DNA from: Chromera velia
Taxonomy: Eukaryota
Length of the DNA: 64,000 nucleotides
Direction of reading: 5' to 3'
Assembly: GCA_018398765.1 (NCBI GenBank)
Contig: JAHBMJ010000310.1
Span: 1 to 64,000, forward strand
Positions within the stretch are counted from its first letter, which is position 1, and each line of letters begins with the position of its first letter. The notes beneath the pieces are model-generated. The model did not search any database and was not told the origin of the DNA. It worked only from the letters and a program-made list of their open reading frames with translations. This document shows positions 61,601 to 64,000 of the stretch, piece by piece. The translations under genes and the position numbers were made by a program.

Positions 61601-63965
61601 AGCGAAAGTAAAGGGACAGGGGAAGACAAAGTTTACTCTCAGTTTCCATCGACATTGAAGCAGACATGCACATCGCACATTCTTTCTCTTCCTGTCTCTC
61701 TTTGACTGGAAGACACAGTGGACACTCCAACTCACTTGCCAACAGAAGTGTACCCCTTGTCGTACAGGTCACAGTAGGGGAGGTCATAGGATCTAATGAA
61801 AGTCCACACATCCCCTGCATGCATGCATCCATGCAGCACTCGATCAGAAAGAACAGAAACACGGCCGGAAGATCGATCGACACGTCCACAGGCAGGCAAA
61901 AAGAAGGATGAATAAAATCCACAGACAGGTCTTTCGGTGACTTTAAAAAAGCAGCGAGGAGATGGAGAAGAAAGAAAGAAAGAAAGAAAGCGAAGTTGAT
62001 CGATGCATCAGAAGGAAGACGTCATGTCTAACAGATCGAGACATGGCATCCATCCATCCATCCATCCATGCACTCACTCACTCCACAGACATTCCAATCC
62101 GAAGAGAACGAAAATAGATAGAAGACAGAAAAAGAAAAGACAGACACACTCGAAGACCAGAAAAACATCAAGCCAATCGCAAGGCGACCCACAAGACCAC
62201 AGGAGGGAAGGAACACCGAAGGAAACAGAAGAGAAAAGGAAAGGAGAATGCAGGAAAAGGGTGGCCACGCAGATACACAGAGAAAAAAAAAGAAAAAGAA
62301 CTCAAAAGCTGGAGCTGATTGTCAGAGGCTCACCGTAAGTCCATTCAAGGATTGGATTCACCCGCACTGCAATCATTTATCCGCGCACGCACACATGCAC
62401 CCTCAGCCAGACAGTCAGCCCCTCTCTCTTCGTCTCTATCCATCCGTCCATCCATCCATCCATCCATCCGAGCCGTTTGTGTTTGTTTGCCGCCCTCTGT
62501 CTGTCTGTCTGTCTGTCTGTATGGCAGCATCAGCAGGAAGTTGGAGAGACTGAGACGGAGAACGGAAAGAGCCAAAAAGGAAAAGCGGTGCATCCAGTCT
62601 TCCTTCCTTTCTTCCAAGAGGATGACTGACTGAACGGAGGCATCCAATCAGAAGAAGGCTCAAATGTTCCCTGATTGGCGCTGTTGGGATCCCCATCGCG
62701 TGTCCCTGCATGGATCAATGGATGGATGGATGGATGGATGTACACATGCGATTATTTGATCCATCGATGCATTTTGTTTTTTTAACATGCATACTTTTCT
62801 TTCCATGCATCCGGGCCCACAGGACACATGAATGAACACACATCATGCAAAGAACAGCAGAGAGGTGCTTTGACGAAACCAACAGATGATTCTTGGGGGG
62901 GGGTCAGCAGGGCTTTTGGTCCTCGCTGTTCCTGTTTGTTTTTTTCCCTGAACACGAAAGGCATGAAGAGATGAACAGGCAAAAAGGTGTACGTCTTCAA
63001 AAATACAACGAAAAGCGGTAAAAAAACAATCAGCAGCTGCAGAGCACCGCTAGGTCATAATCCACCACTGTCAGGCTCCTAGAACTACGTTTCGGTTTTT
63101 CTTCTTCTTCTTTGCTCGTTTGCGTTCTTGTGTCCCTCCCCCCCTCCCTCCCTCCCTCCCTCCCTTCCTTCCTTCCTTCCTTCCTTCGAGACAGTCCCTT
63201 CTTCCAGCTTCCCTCCTCCGTCTGACCTAGAATAAAGGCCAGAGCAGAAGGAGTCTCCCCGACGATGTGACGGAGACCCTCGACGTACCCTCCGTCCCAA
63301 AGTCTGCAGGGAGACACACGGGCAGGGAGGCAGCAGGAAGACAAGACAGATAGAGGACTCTCCATTGTTTCAGAGCAAAAGGGCTAAGTGTGCCGAGCCA
63401 AGAATGTCAGAAAATTCGGGTCCTCGAGGACCAACAACAACTAACTGTGCTTCCACTCATTGGACTGCTTTTGTTTCTTTTTTTGGATAAAGCTGCGTAC
63501 ACCCCGAGCAGCTGGATATTCATAGAATCAACATCCCTGGATATGAAATAGAATCAAACCCCATTCCATGCCCCCAGAACCAAATTTCTGTGCAGGTGCT
63601 CTGCTGTCTCCTTTTTTTGCATTCCGCTCGCTCCTTTTTTTTTTTCGTTCTTCTTTCTCTCTGCGCCGTGCTCCTTCCCCTCGCCAGGCCTCACCGATGA
63701 CCCAACTTACTTTAATTCCAGGTCGAACTGATCCTTTGTGTCCTTCACGAACTGCTCAATCTCCTCAAACTCCTCCGGGCCGTTGTGGAAGAACACGAGC
63801 TTGGGCTTCAAGGGAAGCAGACTCGAGGGAATACTGTCGGGTCCCTCCCCCCTCGAGAGCAGTCGTTCGACCTCAGGGTCCCTCAGGGAACCCAGAGCAG
63901 CCCTCAAGAGATGCAGAACCACCACCGCGTCTTTGCCCCCATTGAAGGAGCAGTACACGCACCCT
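56828..63965 (-). CDS. FLAD1: FAD synthase: PAPS-reductase-like domain followed by molybdopterin-binding/CinA-like domain. 5' end lies beyond the window
   Basis: Exon peptides [35 protein letters not shown]...[49 protein letters not shown]...ERAGR, then [42 protein letters not shown] and VSFGSYP. Stop at 56828. Confidence 0.92.
57928..58757. repeat. ~830-bp polypurine compound (GAAA)n/(GA)n microsatellite in an FAD synthase intron
   Basis: Direct reading: almost exclusively A/G on the + strand. Confidence 0.97.
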
Positions 63966-64000
63966 GGACGGTAAACTCTGCAGTCAAGTGAAAGAGGAGA

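Overview
Eukaryotic nuclear DNA with intron-rich genes, microsatellite-filled introns, abundant TGCATGCA words and GTCAG splice donors. These traits and the gene content suggest an alveolate such as the chromerid Chromera velia, which is an inference. I can support 12 protein-coding genes: LRRC72-like LRR protein (-), NiCoT/UreH-type nickel transporter (+), CFAP97/Hemingway-domain protein (-), large ankyrin-repeat protein (-), DUF1990-like protein with signal peptide and an in-frame TGA (+), a hypothetical protein (-), PPPDE/DeSI C97 peptidase (+), secreted Cu-only-type SOD (-), CEHG/CKECGG zinc-finger repeat protein (+), deoxyhypusine synthase (-), type II membrane beta-propeller-like protein (+) and a 5'-incomplete FAD synthase (-). 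Ten of the genes form five divergent pairs, and AT/TpA-rich spacers lie at the convergent 3' ends. Mobile and repeat DNA includes two hAT-like non-autonomous elements with 8-bp TSDs, a four-unit element array (A-B-B'-A') joined by single AT dinucleotides with a 5'-truncated LINE inside A', a ~183-bp-arm intronic inverted repeat, a 33x38-bp minisatellite and 70/74-bp tandem repeats. No rRNA, tRNA or CRISPR array was recognised. Exon boundaries were read by eye and are approximate where stated.
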